Shown here: piece by piece, positions 10,461 through 18,400 of the stretch
Position numbering within the stretch: the first letter of the stretch is position 1
How the letters are laid out: each line of letters begins with the position of its first letter
Origin: a virus
Taxonomy: Duplodnaviria; Caudoviricetes
IMG/VR virus record: IMGVR_UViG_3300007539_000123
Location: 1-30,167 of that record
Strand: one strand, 5' to 3'
DNA length: 30,167 nt
The notes under the pieces: model-generated
Told to the model about the DNA's origin: nothing
The model's database searches: none
What the model saw: the letters and a program-made list of their open reading frames with translations, nothing else
Program-made: the position numbers and the translations under genes

Positions 10461-12391
10461 TATACTTCTACCTCTAGCAATACACCGTTAATTGTAAGGG
10501 GCAACGGTTGGTCTTGAGTTATAGTAACTGTACCCTCAGATGACCACCCAAGTAAATAAACCTCTTTCCTTGTGGTAATTGGAACAGGTTGCAATGAAAA
10601 GTCATCTGTAACTCTTCTTATTAAAAGAGTAGTCCCTCTTGTCTTTACATTAAGTGTTTCGTTTAAATCTAAAACAGCACGAACAATTCTACGTTTCTGA
10701 CCAACAGATATACCGTCTGGCAACTGAAACTCAGGAGGCAATGTGGTTAGCTCTGGTGTAAAGTTCAAGCCAATTTCAACCGAAGTAACCTCTTCAGTTA
10801 ATGTAAGATTGCCACTACCATCTGTAGTATATGTACCCATAGAATAATTATCTGACTTCACAACAACTTCAGTATTAGGAAGATGTGCAATAGTCCAGTT
10901 CTTTGTGGCAGAGCCGCTTGTGTACTTTTGAGAGCAGTCTACATGATAGTCATTGTCCATAATTTCTAAGCTTGTAAAAGTAGAGCCGTTTATCGTTCTT
11001 TCACATACACAATATACACGCCTGTTTACAACAACTGCGTTTTTGAAGCTACCTACAGTAGAATACTCTCCCCATCCTTGTAACTGCTCTTTACGAATAG
11101 ACATAAAGACAGGCATCTTGCCTTCTGAATTTACAAGGTACAGATAAGCTTCTACTTGGTCTGTTGCTTCTCTCTGAGAAACTAGCTGTGTTGGAGTTCC
11201 AATAAGATGAGAAGATAGCAAAGTTAATGCATCAGAATTATATGCTTGGCTTAAATCAGAAAAAACAAACTCTCTTACAGCACCTTTTGATTTAGTAAGA
11301 AACACCAATGCACCATCAAACTCGACAGGAGCAACTGCACCGCTTCCATAAGAGGTTTGCTTCTTAATAGCTATTGTAGCTGGTGTTAATGGCTTGTTTT
11401 CCGTTGTTGGGACATATAATTCTTGCTCAGATGAAAAGATAGATAGATGTCTAAATGAAGCCAAGGATTTAATTTCTGATACTTGGTTTTCAGCAATCTG
11501 TACTTGAATAGACTCATCATCCAAACCAGTTCCAACATCAAAATTAAAAAACTGACCAGCTTTAGAGAAAAACATATGATTAGGTAAATCACGACTACCG
11601 CCAAACACTAATCTTTGGTCGTGAAAAACAACACTACGAGCATATCCATGCCTTGCTGAAAATACTTGCTCAGACCAAGTTGTTCTAGCGTTTCCGTTAT
11701 GAGGAGCAGTATCAAACTTACCTGTAATAGTAGTAGTAGATAGATATGCAATTACTTCTATATGGTGAACAGCACCATTAGCATCAATAAATTCTATTTC
11801 TTCACCAACCCAATCAGCACTAAATATAGCCGCACTTGCAGTTATTGTTTGATTGTTTGTAGTTGTGCTTGCTGGGTCAAGAGTTACATCAGGTGCCGCA
11901 AACTTATAATAGGGCTGATGAATAAAGCCATCAGACGAATCAAATGCGTATGCAGTTCTAGAGAAGGTGTCTACCGCAGTTCTCTTTAATGTTTGCATAG
12001 GCATATCAGGGTGAACAATAATCATTGTATCGCCAGATTGAGCAACACGAAGTTGACTAATCATTGCAGTTGTCCAAGGACATCCTGTTATTGAGTCTGC
12101 AATATTTGTAGGGTCAGTAATGTCAACAATGTCTACACGAGCATTGCTAAAAAGAACTATATAAGCCTCATCTTCATCATATACATAAGGCTCTGTCTGA
12201 TAAGGTATATCAGAAAGCTCTTGAAGAAATCGAAGGCCACCTCTTCTTCTTATACCGCCTTGAGATAGAACACGAAAGTTTCTAAGCTTTTTAACGCCAT
12301 TCTTATATGCATTAGAATCAATGCGAGAAGACAACAGAGGAGATAACTCTCCTGCGGTAAAATTTGTATAAAACTGCCTGAGAAGTGCCAT
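10460..12391 (-). CDS. Tail tubular protein B / nozzle (T7 gp12-, P22 gp10-like)
   Basis: 643 aa. N-terminal NFTAGELSP...RID...GGIRRRGG and C-terminal ITQDQPLPLTI motifs are typical of podovirus nozzle proteins. Confidence 0.85.
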   Translation of the reverse strand: MALLRQFYTNFTAGELSPLLSSRIDSNAYKNGVKKLRNFRVLSQGGIRRRGGLRFLQELSDIPYQTEPYVYDEDEAYIVLFSNARVDIVDITDPTNIADSITGCPWTTAMISQLRVAQSGDTMIIVHPDMPMQTLKRTAVDTFSRTAYAFDSSDGFIHQPYYKFAAPDVTLDPASTTTNNQTITASAAIFSADWVGEEIEFIDANGAVHHIEVIAYLSTTTITGKFDTAPHNGNARTTWSEQVFSARHGYARSVVFHDQRLVFGGSRDLPNHMFFSKAGQFFNFDVGTGLDDESIQVQIAENQVSEIKSLASFRHLSIFSSEQELYVPTTENKPLTPATIAIKKQTSYGSGAVAPVEFDGALVFLTKSKGAVREFVFSDLSQAYNSDALTLLSSHLIGTPTQLVSQREATDQVEAYLYLVNSEGKMPVFMSIRKEQLQGWGEYSTVGSFKNAVVVNRRVYCVCERTINGSTFTSLEIMDNDYHVDCSQKYTSGSATKNWTIAHLPNTEVVVKSDNYSMGTYTTDGSGNLTLTEEVTSVEIGLNFTPELTTLPPEFQLPDGISVGQKRRIVRAVLDLNETLNVKTRGTTLLIRRVTDDFSLQPVPITTRKEVYLLGWSSEGTVTITQDQPLPLTINGVLLEVEV

Positions 12392-12394
12392 TCA

Positions 12395-13015
12395 TTATGT
12401 GCCTTCTATGTTTTGGAATATACCGTTACCAAGTCTTGCTCTGTGGTATCTGCTAAGTCTTAGCCCTTGGGTTGTTACTTGCTGTGAATCCCTAGCTTTG
12501 GCTTTTCTAAACTGCTGTTCTGCAAGCTGTGTATAGGAGTTAGCTACATCGCCTTTTCTTGTAACAGATAAAGCCAATACAGATGCAAGTCTAAATATAA
12601 CCCACATAGTAAATGTAGGAGGCCAATATTGAGTTTCTGGTCTAAAGACGTAGTTAAGAACAACCGCATCATCTATTTGTGCGTTCATATATACATAACG
12701 CTCATAGATGTCATATCTTTGTGGAGCATCTTCAATAGTTACCGTAATGACTTGCATAACTTCTGGGTTAGTTGGTAATGCATAAGCCGCATCCCATCGG
12801 TCAACAGGAACATCTGATAAACGAGAAAGAGTTTTCTGACCAGTAGCAAAGTTCCAATTATGCTGACCAAGACAATCTGTAACAACATCTTCATATATTG
12901 TGTTGGCTACAAGTGCTTCATCAGTGTTGTCTGTAAATGAAGTCAAAGGCTCTAATCCAATAAGGACCATAGCCTTTTGTGCAACCTCAATATCCGTGGA
13001 TGGAGTTGTTGGCAT
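12395..13015 (-). CDS. Tail tubular protein A / head-tail adaptor (T7 gp11-like)
   Basis: 206 aa. Motifs A..LIG..P..SF, H.WNFAT, AY.LP. Directly precedes the nozzle gene. Confidence 0.85.
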   Translation of the reverse strand: MPTTPSTDIEVAQKAMVLIGLEPLTSFTDNTDEALVANTIYEDVVTDCLGQHNWNFATGQKTLSRLSDVPVDRWDAAYALPTNPEVMQVITVTIEDAPQRYDIYERYVYMNAQIDDAVVLNYVFRPETQYWPPTFTMWVIFRLASVLALSVTRKGDVANSYTQLAEQQFRKAKARDSQQVTTQGLRLSRYHRARLGNGIFQNIEGT

Positions 13016-13024
13016 TAGAAACCT

Positions 13025-13150
13025 CTATTTAGAGTAATCTTTAGTTTTGTCGTTACCCATTTTTTTGCCCTCGTAAGATTTCATTAGGCATTTGCCAGCT
13101 TCACGGCATTTCGCCCTTGTAGGACAATTTGGACAATTCTTAAAAGCCAT
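13025..13150 (-). CDS. Small Cys-rich basic protein (41 aa)
   Basis: Not in the ORF track. MAFKNCPNCPTRAKCREAGKCLMKSYEGKKMGNDKTKDYSK. RBS AAAGGAG upstream; ATG overlaps the TGA of the previous gene. Confidence 0.7.
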   Translation of the reverse strand: MAFKNCPNCPTRAKCREAGKCLMKSYEGKKMGNDKTKDYSK

Positions 13151-13281
13151 CAGGAAACTCCTTTTCCAAGTGTCACGCCCTTGCCAAAAGTTACTTTGCC
13201 ATTACGGACAGTTTTCTCTTTTGTCTTAGGGGTAGAAGGGGCGGCTTTCACCGCCTCCTTCTTTGTAGGTGTCTTAGCCAT
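13150..13281 (-). CDS. Small Lys-rich protein (43 aa)
   Basis: Not in the ORF track. MAKTPTKKEAVKAAPSTPKTKEKTVRNGKVTFGKGVTLGKGVS. TAATG coupling to the upstream gene and TGATG coupling to the downstream gene. Confidence 0.7.
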   Translation of the reverse strand: MAKTPTKKEAVKAAPSTPKTKEKTVRNGKVTFGKGVTLGKGVS

Positions 13282-13541
13282 TAACGACTATCAGTTGTCA
13301 TGCTCACGATGTCGCCTGTATCGACAACTCCGCTTGCGTTAGAAACAACTGTCGCAATACCAAAACCATTAGAGGCATTGATAAAGATAACATCGCCAAC
13401 ATTGATTTCACTGGACTTTGAATTAAAGTAACCAGCCGCATCAATTGTGTTCAGTGCATCGGCTGTTGATTTGTAGTGCCAAATGTGGAAGCCATTTCCT
13501 GAATAATTGACTAAGGTGAAGTCTGCAACTACTAGTGCCAT
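13281..13541 (-). CDS. Putative capsid decoration/cement protein
   Basis: 86 aa, beta-rich, strong RBS AAGGAGAAGG. Lies immediately after the major capsid gene. Function inferred from position. Confidence 0.55.
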   Translation of the reverse strand: MALVVADFTLVNYSGNGFHIWHYKSTADALNTIDAAGYFNSKSSEINVGDVIFINASNGFGIATVVSNASGVVDTGDIVSMTTDSR

Positions 13542-13553
13542 TTGTCCTTCTCC

Positions 13554-14378
13554 TTATTTCTTTAGCTGAAGTTCAAAGCAAGCATTTGCATCGATTAGGA
13601 CTGAGTTCATCTGCATTTTGTTCAGAACAAAGTATGCGTCCTTATCGTTATGGTACTGCATGTTTGAAGAAACATCTGCACCAATAGCATGGCCTACTGA
13701 GGATGAATGCCAAGCAAAGCATTTGCGGTCTGCATCAGAGTTGATTGAATCAAGCCCTGAGAACGGGAACCACATAAAGCCAAGCCAGTTTTTAGCTGTC
13801 ATAGCATTCTGGAACGGAAGGTCGTTAGCACCAACATATTCCTGACGAGAAAACTCATCAAGGTCAATTAGCTGTGACCACTGTTCCCAACCAACAGCAA
13901 CATAACGCTGACCGTCATCTGGTACATCGTTATTGCCAAACAATTCCATAAGGCCTAAGGCCCATGCAAGAGTAACGCCATTACTTGTTTCGTTGTGGTT
14001 ATTCGTTGTTGCATCCATTGCCGCAAGAATGAGTTCATCAGTCTTACGTCCAAGGGCATATGCACCTGACTGTTGAGCGACCATCATCTCATCGTGATTG
14101 ATGCGAAGTTGATCCAAATCGTCAATCCATTCACCAGCGAAGTAATCTTCAACAGTGACGTTGACGTTTGTATGCTCAAGGTTCATTGGAGCTACATTAC
14201 CGTGGCGAGCCTTGGTAGTAGCAAAACCCTTACCGATTTTTTGAAACGTGGTTTTATTCTTAACGCCATTCGCTGTACGAATAGTGTTACGAAGTTTCGA
14301 CCCCATGCGCTGATAAGCCATGTGGACGCCAGATTCAAACTCCTCGATAAAGGAAGTGGAAATAGTTGGTGTTGCCAT
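13554..14378 (-). CDS. Major capsid protein
   Basis: 274 aa, strong RBS AAAAGGAG, follows the scaffold gene. Motifs F...F...VH.AYQR.GSKLR.T, D.LD.LR.N.D and ALGRK.DE.I are typical of BPP-1-like podovirus capsid proteins. Confidence 0.9.
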   Translation of the reverse strand: MATPTISTSFIEEFESGVHMAYQRMGSKLRNTIRTANGVKNKTTFQKIGKGFATTKARHGNVAPMNLEHTNVNVTVEDYFAGEWIDDLDQLRINHDEMMVAQQSGAYALGRKTDELILAAMDATTNNHNETSNGVTLAWALGLMELFGNNDVPDDGQRYVAVGWEQWSQLIDLDEFSRQEYVGANDLPFQNAMTAKNWLGFMWFPFSGLDSINSDADRKCFAWHSSSVGHAIGADVSSNMQYHNDKDAYFVLNKMQMNSVLIDANACFELQLKK

Positions 14379-14423
14379 AACACACTCCTTTTAATTAAGT
14401 TTAGTTTCAGTTTTTGGCTGTCT

Positions 14424-14471
14424 GGTTATCCATTGGCTTGGGGTCCGAAGATTATCCCTCGCTTTTGGGCC
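14424..14471 (-). promoter_or_regulatory. Tandem 22-nt imperfect repeat in the capsid-gene leader
   Basis: Minus strand GGCCCAAAAGCGAGGGATAATC-TTCG-GACCCCAAGCCAATGGATAACC; the two units match at 15 of 22 positions. Confidence 0.45.
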
Positions 14472-14519
14472 TTCAAGTAAAACCATAATTTCACAGAAAA
14501 AAGTAAATGCCAATTCACA

Positions 14520-15275
14520 TTACCCATTCTGCCTTGAGTATTGGGCAAAACCTTGCCTTACCTTTGCGATAAAAGCTTGGTCTTTGTCTTTCCAATATTT
14601 AGGGTCATTCTGCATACTGCGTAAGTCGTCTAAACTTAAACGCTCTTGGAAGTCTGTTTCAGTGGTCATGTTGAATTGTGGCTGTCCATTTAACTCCATC
14701 AATTCTTCAAACAACTGAACCATTCCAGCAGAAGCAGGAACATTTGCAAAAACAGTATAGGCTTCTTCAGACAGATTAGCTGTAGCCCAACCGTCAACAC
14801 GCTCTAATCTTTTGTCTGCATACTCGCCTAACTGCTCAGACTCAACATTCCAATCAGGACCACGCTGGGCATCAATAGAAACATATTCCTGCATTAAGCC
14901 AGTAAATTCTTCTTGTGATAATCCATAGTTATGGGCAGTAGCCCTAAACCAATCAACCATAGGGTCATCGTCAGATACGTTGTATTCTAATCCCTCTGGG
15001 GCTTCTATCTTTAACTCATAATCAGCAGGACTGATAGGAGCATTACTAGAGGCCTCTTCATTTAACTCCCCAACAATTTGATTTCGTAAATCTTCTTTAC
15101 GAGTGTAAAATGCTTTTTCTAGCTCACTGTAGCTATTGGCTAGTTCTTCTGGCCTGTCAAACTTCTGAGGAAGCCAATCAGGTCTTTCTTGAGTAGTTTC
15201 CAAAGGTTGCTCCGACTCTCCAGCCTGAACCTCATTGGTTTCTACCTGTTCTTCTGCTTGTAGTTCTTCTGACAT
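14520..15275 (-). CDS. Capsid scaffolding/assembly protein
   Basis: Acidic protein with the RPDWLPQKF...L..SY.ELEK motif and C-terminal DPKYW, between portal and capsid genes. Start moved to the ATG at 15275 (MSEELQ...), coupled to the upstream TAA. Confidence 0.85.
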   Translation of the reverse strand: MSEELQAEEQVETNEVQAGESEQPLETTQERPDWLPQKFDRPEELANSYSELEKAFYTRKEDLRNQIVGELNEEASSNAPISPADYELKIEAPEGLEYNVSDDDPMVDWFRATAHNYGLSQEEFTGLMQEYVSIDAQRGPDWNVESEQLGEYADKRLERVDGWATANLSEEAYTVFANVPASAGMVQLFEELMELNGQPQFNMTTETDFQERLSLDDLRSMQNDPKYWKDKDQAFIAKVRQGFAQYSRQNG

Positions 15276-15544
15276 TAACAATCCCACTTCCTAAGTGCTT
15301 TGTTGATACGGCTATTAGGGTCATTAGCCGTCTTTTTAGATGTAAGCTTCTTTTTCATACCCATCATTCGCTTACAAAAACTTCTACGTCTAGCGGCAGC
15401 TTTTGGAGACTTCTTCGCTTGCTTGGCAGATACAGGTCTTTTGATGTTTTTCCCTTGCCTACGCAAAGATGCACGACCCTTACGATTAAGTCCACCTTTA
15501 GGGTCTTTACCTTCTTTACGTTGCCATGCCGCTGACTTTGCCAT
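15275..15544 (-). CDS. Small highly basic protein (DUF6321-like)
   Basis: 89 aa, very Lys/Arg-rich. Motif AWQRKEGK.P.GGLN.KGRAS...RR.SFC.RM.GM...DPNSRINKALRKW.C recalled as the DUF6321-type phage family. Confidence 0.75.
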   Translation of the reverse strand: MAKSAAWQRKEGKDPKGGLNRKGRASLRRQGKNIKRPVSAKQAKKSPKAAARRRSFCKRMMGMKKKLTSKKTANDPNSRINKALRKWDC

Positions 15545-15774
15545 TATGTCCTCGCATAAGTTGGTTTTTTACCACCACCGCTAGGGTTAGTTTTACGTTT
15601 TCTTGCTGTAGCGGTTTTCTTTTCAGAACTGCTCATAGATGAAGCTTTGGATGATGGAACGCACTTCGGGTATTTGCGTCCATCACCCATCTTGCGACCA
15701 CAAGGAGGATGTTTGCCATCTTTCTTTGTGGATATATCTACCCATTTTTCATTAAACCATTTGTCTAAACTCAT
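15544..15774 (-). CDS. Small basic protein (C-terminal half of DUF5872-like domain)
   Basis: 76 aa. Motif L.KWF.EKWVD...CGR...YPKCVP. Overlapping start/stop codons on both sides. Confidence 0.7.
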   Translation of the reverse strand: MSLDKWFNEKWVDISTKKDGKHPPCGRKMGDGRKYPKCVPSSKASSMSSSEKKTATARKRKTNPSGGGKKPTYART

Positions 15775-15911
15775 GATTTATATGTACCGCCCATTTTCTT
15801 GTACTGCTGAACTAACTGACCTGAAGCATAAGCACTAGGCCATTTCTTAACTCTTCCTTTTACAATAGCTCTTGCTCTTGCATATAGCTTTGGATTTGCA
15901 GGTTTAGACAT
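15771..15911 (-). CDS. Small basic protein (N-terminal half of DUF5872-like domain, 46 aa)
   Basis: Not in the ORF track. MSKPANPKLYARARAIVKGRVKKWPSAYASGQLVQQYKKMGGTYKS. ATGA overlap with the next gene. Confidence 0.7.
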   Translation of the reverse strand: MSKPANPKLYARARAIVKGRVKKWPSAYASGQLVQQYKKMGGTYKS

Positions 15912-16164
15912 CTGACTGTTTACGTCCTTTCTCGCATCTAGCTTTAATTACCGCTACTAGCCAACGTGAACCCTCTGCATGGGCTAAAGTCTCGATGCCC
16001 ACGCCTGCAGGATATACATTATTCGTTGTGATAGATTCCAAGTACGATAAGAAGTCTTTTCCAATACCACTGCCAAACAAACCATAGGCTTTGCTATTAA
16101 GGTCTTGGTCAACTTCCTTAGTGTATCCTCTACCGTCAATTGACGCATTTATCTTTTCCTTCAT
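15904..16164 (-). CDS. Conserved small protein downstream of portal (Bbp19-like)
   Basis: 86 aa. Motif F.S..GK..L..L...T...AHAEG.R.LV..I, typical of the small gene after the portal in BPP-1-like podoviruses. Confidence 0.65.
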   Translation of the reverse strand: MKEKINASIDGRGYTKEVDQDLNSKAYGLFGSGIGKDFLSYLESITTNNVYPAGVGIETLAHAEGSRWLVAVIKARCEKGRKQSDV

Positions 16165-17750
16165 TGTTGTGGTTGTCCTTGCATTTGCATGAGTTGCTGT
16201 AGCTGTTCTACATTACCTTCTACTTGGCTTTGGTCAGCTAACAGTTCCTCTTGGATACCAAACTTAGAAGCTAGATATGCAACAACTTTTTCTTGATTAT
16301 AGAGTATAGGTGTTATCTCGGGACCAAAGGTAGACGCAACAGTTTGTTGGAATCTAACGAAGTCAGAAACGTCCTGTTGGTCCTGCGCTCTCAGCAAGGG
16401 AGAAACTGGAACGACACGAATTTCACGACCATCTACCTTTGGTATATCGATAAGACCTTGTTTCGTATAAATATGTATAACTCTCTCAACCAACGGCTGA
16501 AGGAACTCCTTTTGCATCCGTCCAGCAACAGCCCCCATATCACGAGCAACATCGGCAAGCCTTTCTGAAACCTCTGTTGCGGATAAAGGCGTTCTAGCAT
16601 TTGGGCGAGTATCGAGTTCATCAATGAAGAGAGCTTTTCTAACATTTCTTCTCATATCCTCTAAAACTAACTGTGCTACATCAAAACGACCTGCATTCTG
16701 AAGGGTGTCAATACTAGACCCAGGACTTCTAGGTATAAAAGTTCCGGGCTGTATAGTTATATTGTCAGGGTTAAATACACCGTCATCGTCATATACATAG
16801 CTTCCTGCAATTGCCATTTCAGCATTTTCAAGAATAAGCTGTACTGTAAGATTTAGTGTTTTGATAGCTGGCATTGCTTGCAATAAAGGACCACGGCCCC
16901 ATACTTCAAATCCTGACTTAGACCAACGTGTAGTAATCCACGGAACAGAACCTCTGCCCTTCATTACCTTCTTTATAAGAATAGCATTGTCTGTTTCAGA
17001 TATAAGGTAATAGGTGTACTCATCTGCAAATCTGTTTGCTTCATCATAGATGGTAGCTTCAATGATATTTGTTTTGCGTTCTGGGTTTTTCTTCTGCTCC
17101 TGAGACATTTTCTCAGTGTACTTAGCATCTGGATAACGCTGTTTTACCTCAGTGATGTCCATGTTGCTATTCCAACGGAACCAACTAGCAACGCCATCCA
17201 TACGTCCAGATAGCAAAGCCAAGTTAGTAGGAGGTACAGCAGTGAAGTGCAAGTCACCTTGAAAACGTCCCTCTTCACATAGCATGTTCATTGTACCCAT
17301 GCCTAAGTCTTGCAATCCCTCATGCATTTCAGAGTTAAAGTTAGAGTTCCTAAGACCCTCGTGTATAAGGTCTGTAATGCTATCAAGCTGTTGTTGTAGA
17401 CCCTTGTTCATTAAGCTATCTGGAAACTCTGGGCCGGGTTCGAGTCTAAATGCACGACCGTTTGGAGGAAAGAACCCTAACTGAAGGCGACTTGCAAACT
17501 TTGGCAGTCCTGTAACGGCTGTTTCGTCATATATGTTTTCTGTTCTGCGTTGTGCAGAGCTTTCTTGAAAAAAGCTTTCTCTGTGAGGAACAGCATAGTC
17601 ATACACCTCTTCCCACAAATCAGTCCAAGAGTTCCATCGGCTCTTAGCCTTTTTGTATTTTGTCATAACACGCTTGAGTTCTGCCTTGTCGCCAGACTCA
17701 GCAGATGGTGCTACTGGATTGCCGTCACCTTCAATTCCACCGTATGCCAT
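16161..17750 (-). CDS. Portal (head-tail connector) protein
   Basis: 529 aa. Motifs W.E.YDY..P.R, IYD.TA, RW.K...EVWGRGP, SATEV.ER and V.PL.RAQ are typical of T7 gp8/Bbp21-like portals. Confidence 0.93.
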   Translation of the reverse strand: MAYGGIEGDGNPVAPSAESGDKAELKRVMTKYKKAKSRWNSWTDLWEEVYDYAVPHRESFFQESSAQRRTENIYDETAVTGLPKFASRLQLGFFPPNGRAFRLEPGPEFPDSLMNKGLQQQLDSITDLIHEGLRNSNFNSEMHEGLQDLGMGTMNMLCEEGRFQGDLHFTAVPPTNLALLSGRMDGVASWFRWNSNMDITEVKQRYPDAKYTEKMSQEQKKNPERKTNIIEATIYDEANRFADEYTYYLISETDNAILIKKVMKGRGSVPWITTRWSKSGFEVWGRGPLLQAMPAIKTLNLTVQLILENAEMAIAGSYVYDDDGVFNPDNITIQPGTFIPRSPGSSIDTLQNAGRFDVAQLVLEDMRRNVRKALFIDELDTRPNARTPLSATEVSERLADVARDMGAVAGRMQKEFLQPLVERVIHIYTKQGLIDIPKVDGREIRVVPVSPLLRAQDQQDVSDFVRFQQTVASTFGPEITPILYNQEKVVAYLASKFGIQEELLADQSQVEGNVEQLQQLMQMQGQPQQ

Positions 17751-17751
17751 T

Positions 17752-18000
17752 TTAGCTCCTTATTGAACCAGCACCAGATTTACCCATTTGTCTTCTGCGA
17801 AAGCCAGAAAAACCCTCAATGTCCTCAGACTGAGTAGAGCGTTGACCAATTAAATTCGCAGTACGAATCCTGTCTTGGTCAGCTTCAAACCTTTTTTGTG
17901 ACTCTTTTTCTTCAGCAATACGCTGTTCTTCAGCTTCCCTCTGAGCTTTTAGCTCTGGGTCGGGTGCTGGCATTTTAGGTTTTGCAAATAAACTACCCAT
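17752..18000 (-). CDS. Small hypothetical virion-associated protein
   Basis: 82 aa. MGSLF.KPK.P.P N-terminus and a charged helix, typical of the small gene preceding podovirus portals. RBS AGGAG. Confidence 0.6.
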   Translation of the reverse strand: MGSLFAKPKMPAPDPELKAQREAEEQRIAEEKESQKRFEADQDRIRTANLIGQRSTQSEDIEGFSGFRRRQMGKSGAGSIRS

Positions 18001-18400
18001 TAGAATCTCCTATTGATTCTCCAAATAATACTCTTCCACCATTTTTAATCAATTCACAATACAGTTGATAAGGTGTGCATACAGAAATCTTATTACAACC
18101 AACAATATGCTTTACAAAAGAAACACAATAAAGCCAACGAGGAAAGTAGATAGGTCCACTATCAACAGCAATCTCTACGCAAGTACAATTTGTGGATATA
18201 TGGTGAAACAATAAGTCAGCTTCCTCATCTCTCAGTAATTCAAAGTTTAGCCTTTCACTGGCACACTCAAACCTTATCCATACATCTAGCTCTGCATCAT
18301 ACCTAACTGCATATACATGACCAAAATCAGGTCTGTGTAAAGTAAACAATCTCCAAGGGCCGTAGTTTGCTGATTTGGAAAATACTATTATCCATTTCAT
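17993..18400 (-). CDS. Hypothetical protein, possible permuted papain-like (NlpC/P60) fold
   Basis: 135 aa. FGHVYAV near the N-terminus, YCVSFVKHIVG...TPYQLY near the C-terminus (His before Cys). ATGA overlap with terL. Confidence 0.5.
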   Translation of the reverse strand: MKWIIVFSKSANYGPWRLFTLHRPDFGHVYAVRYDAELDVWIRFECASERLNFELLRDEEADLLFHHISTNCTCVEIAVDSGPIYFPRWLYCVSFVKHIVGCNKISVCTPYQLYCELIKNGGRVLFGESIGDSNG

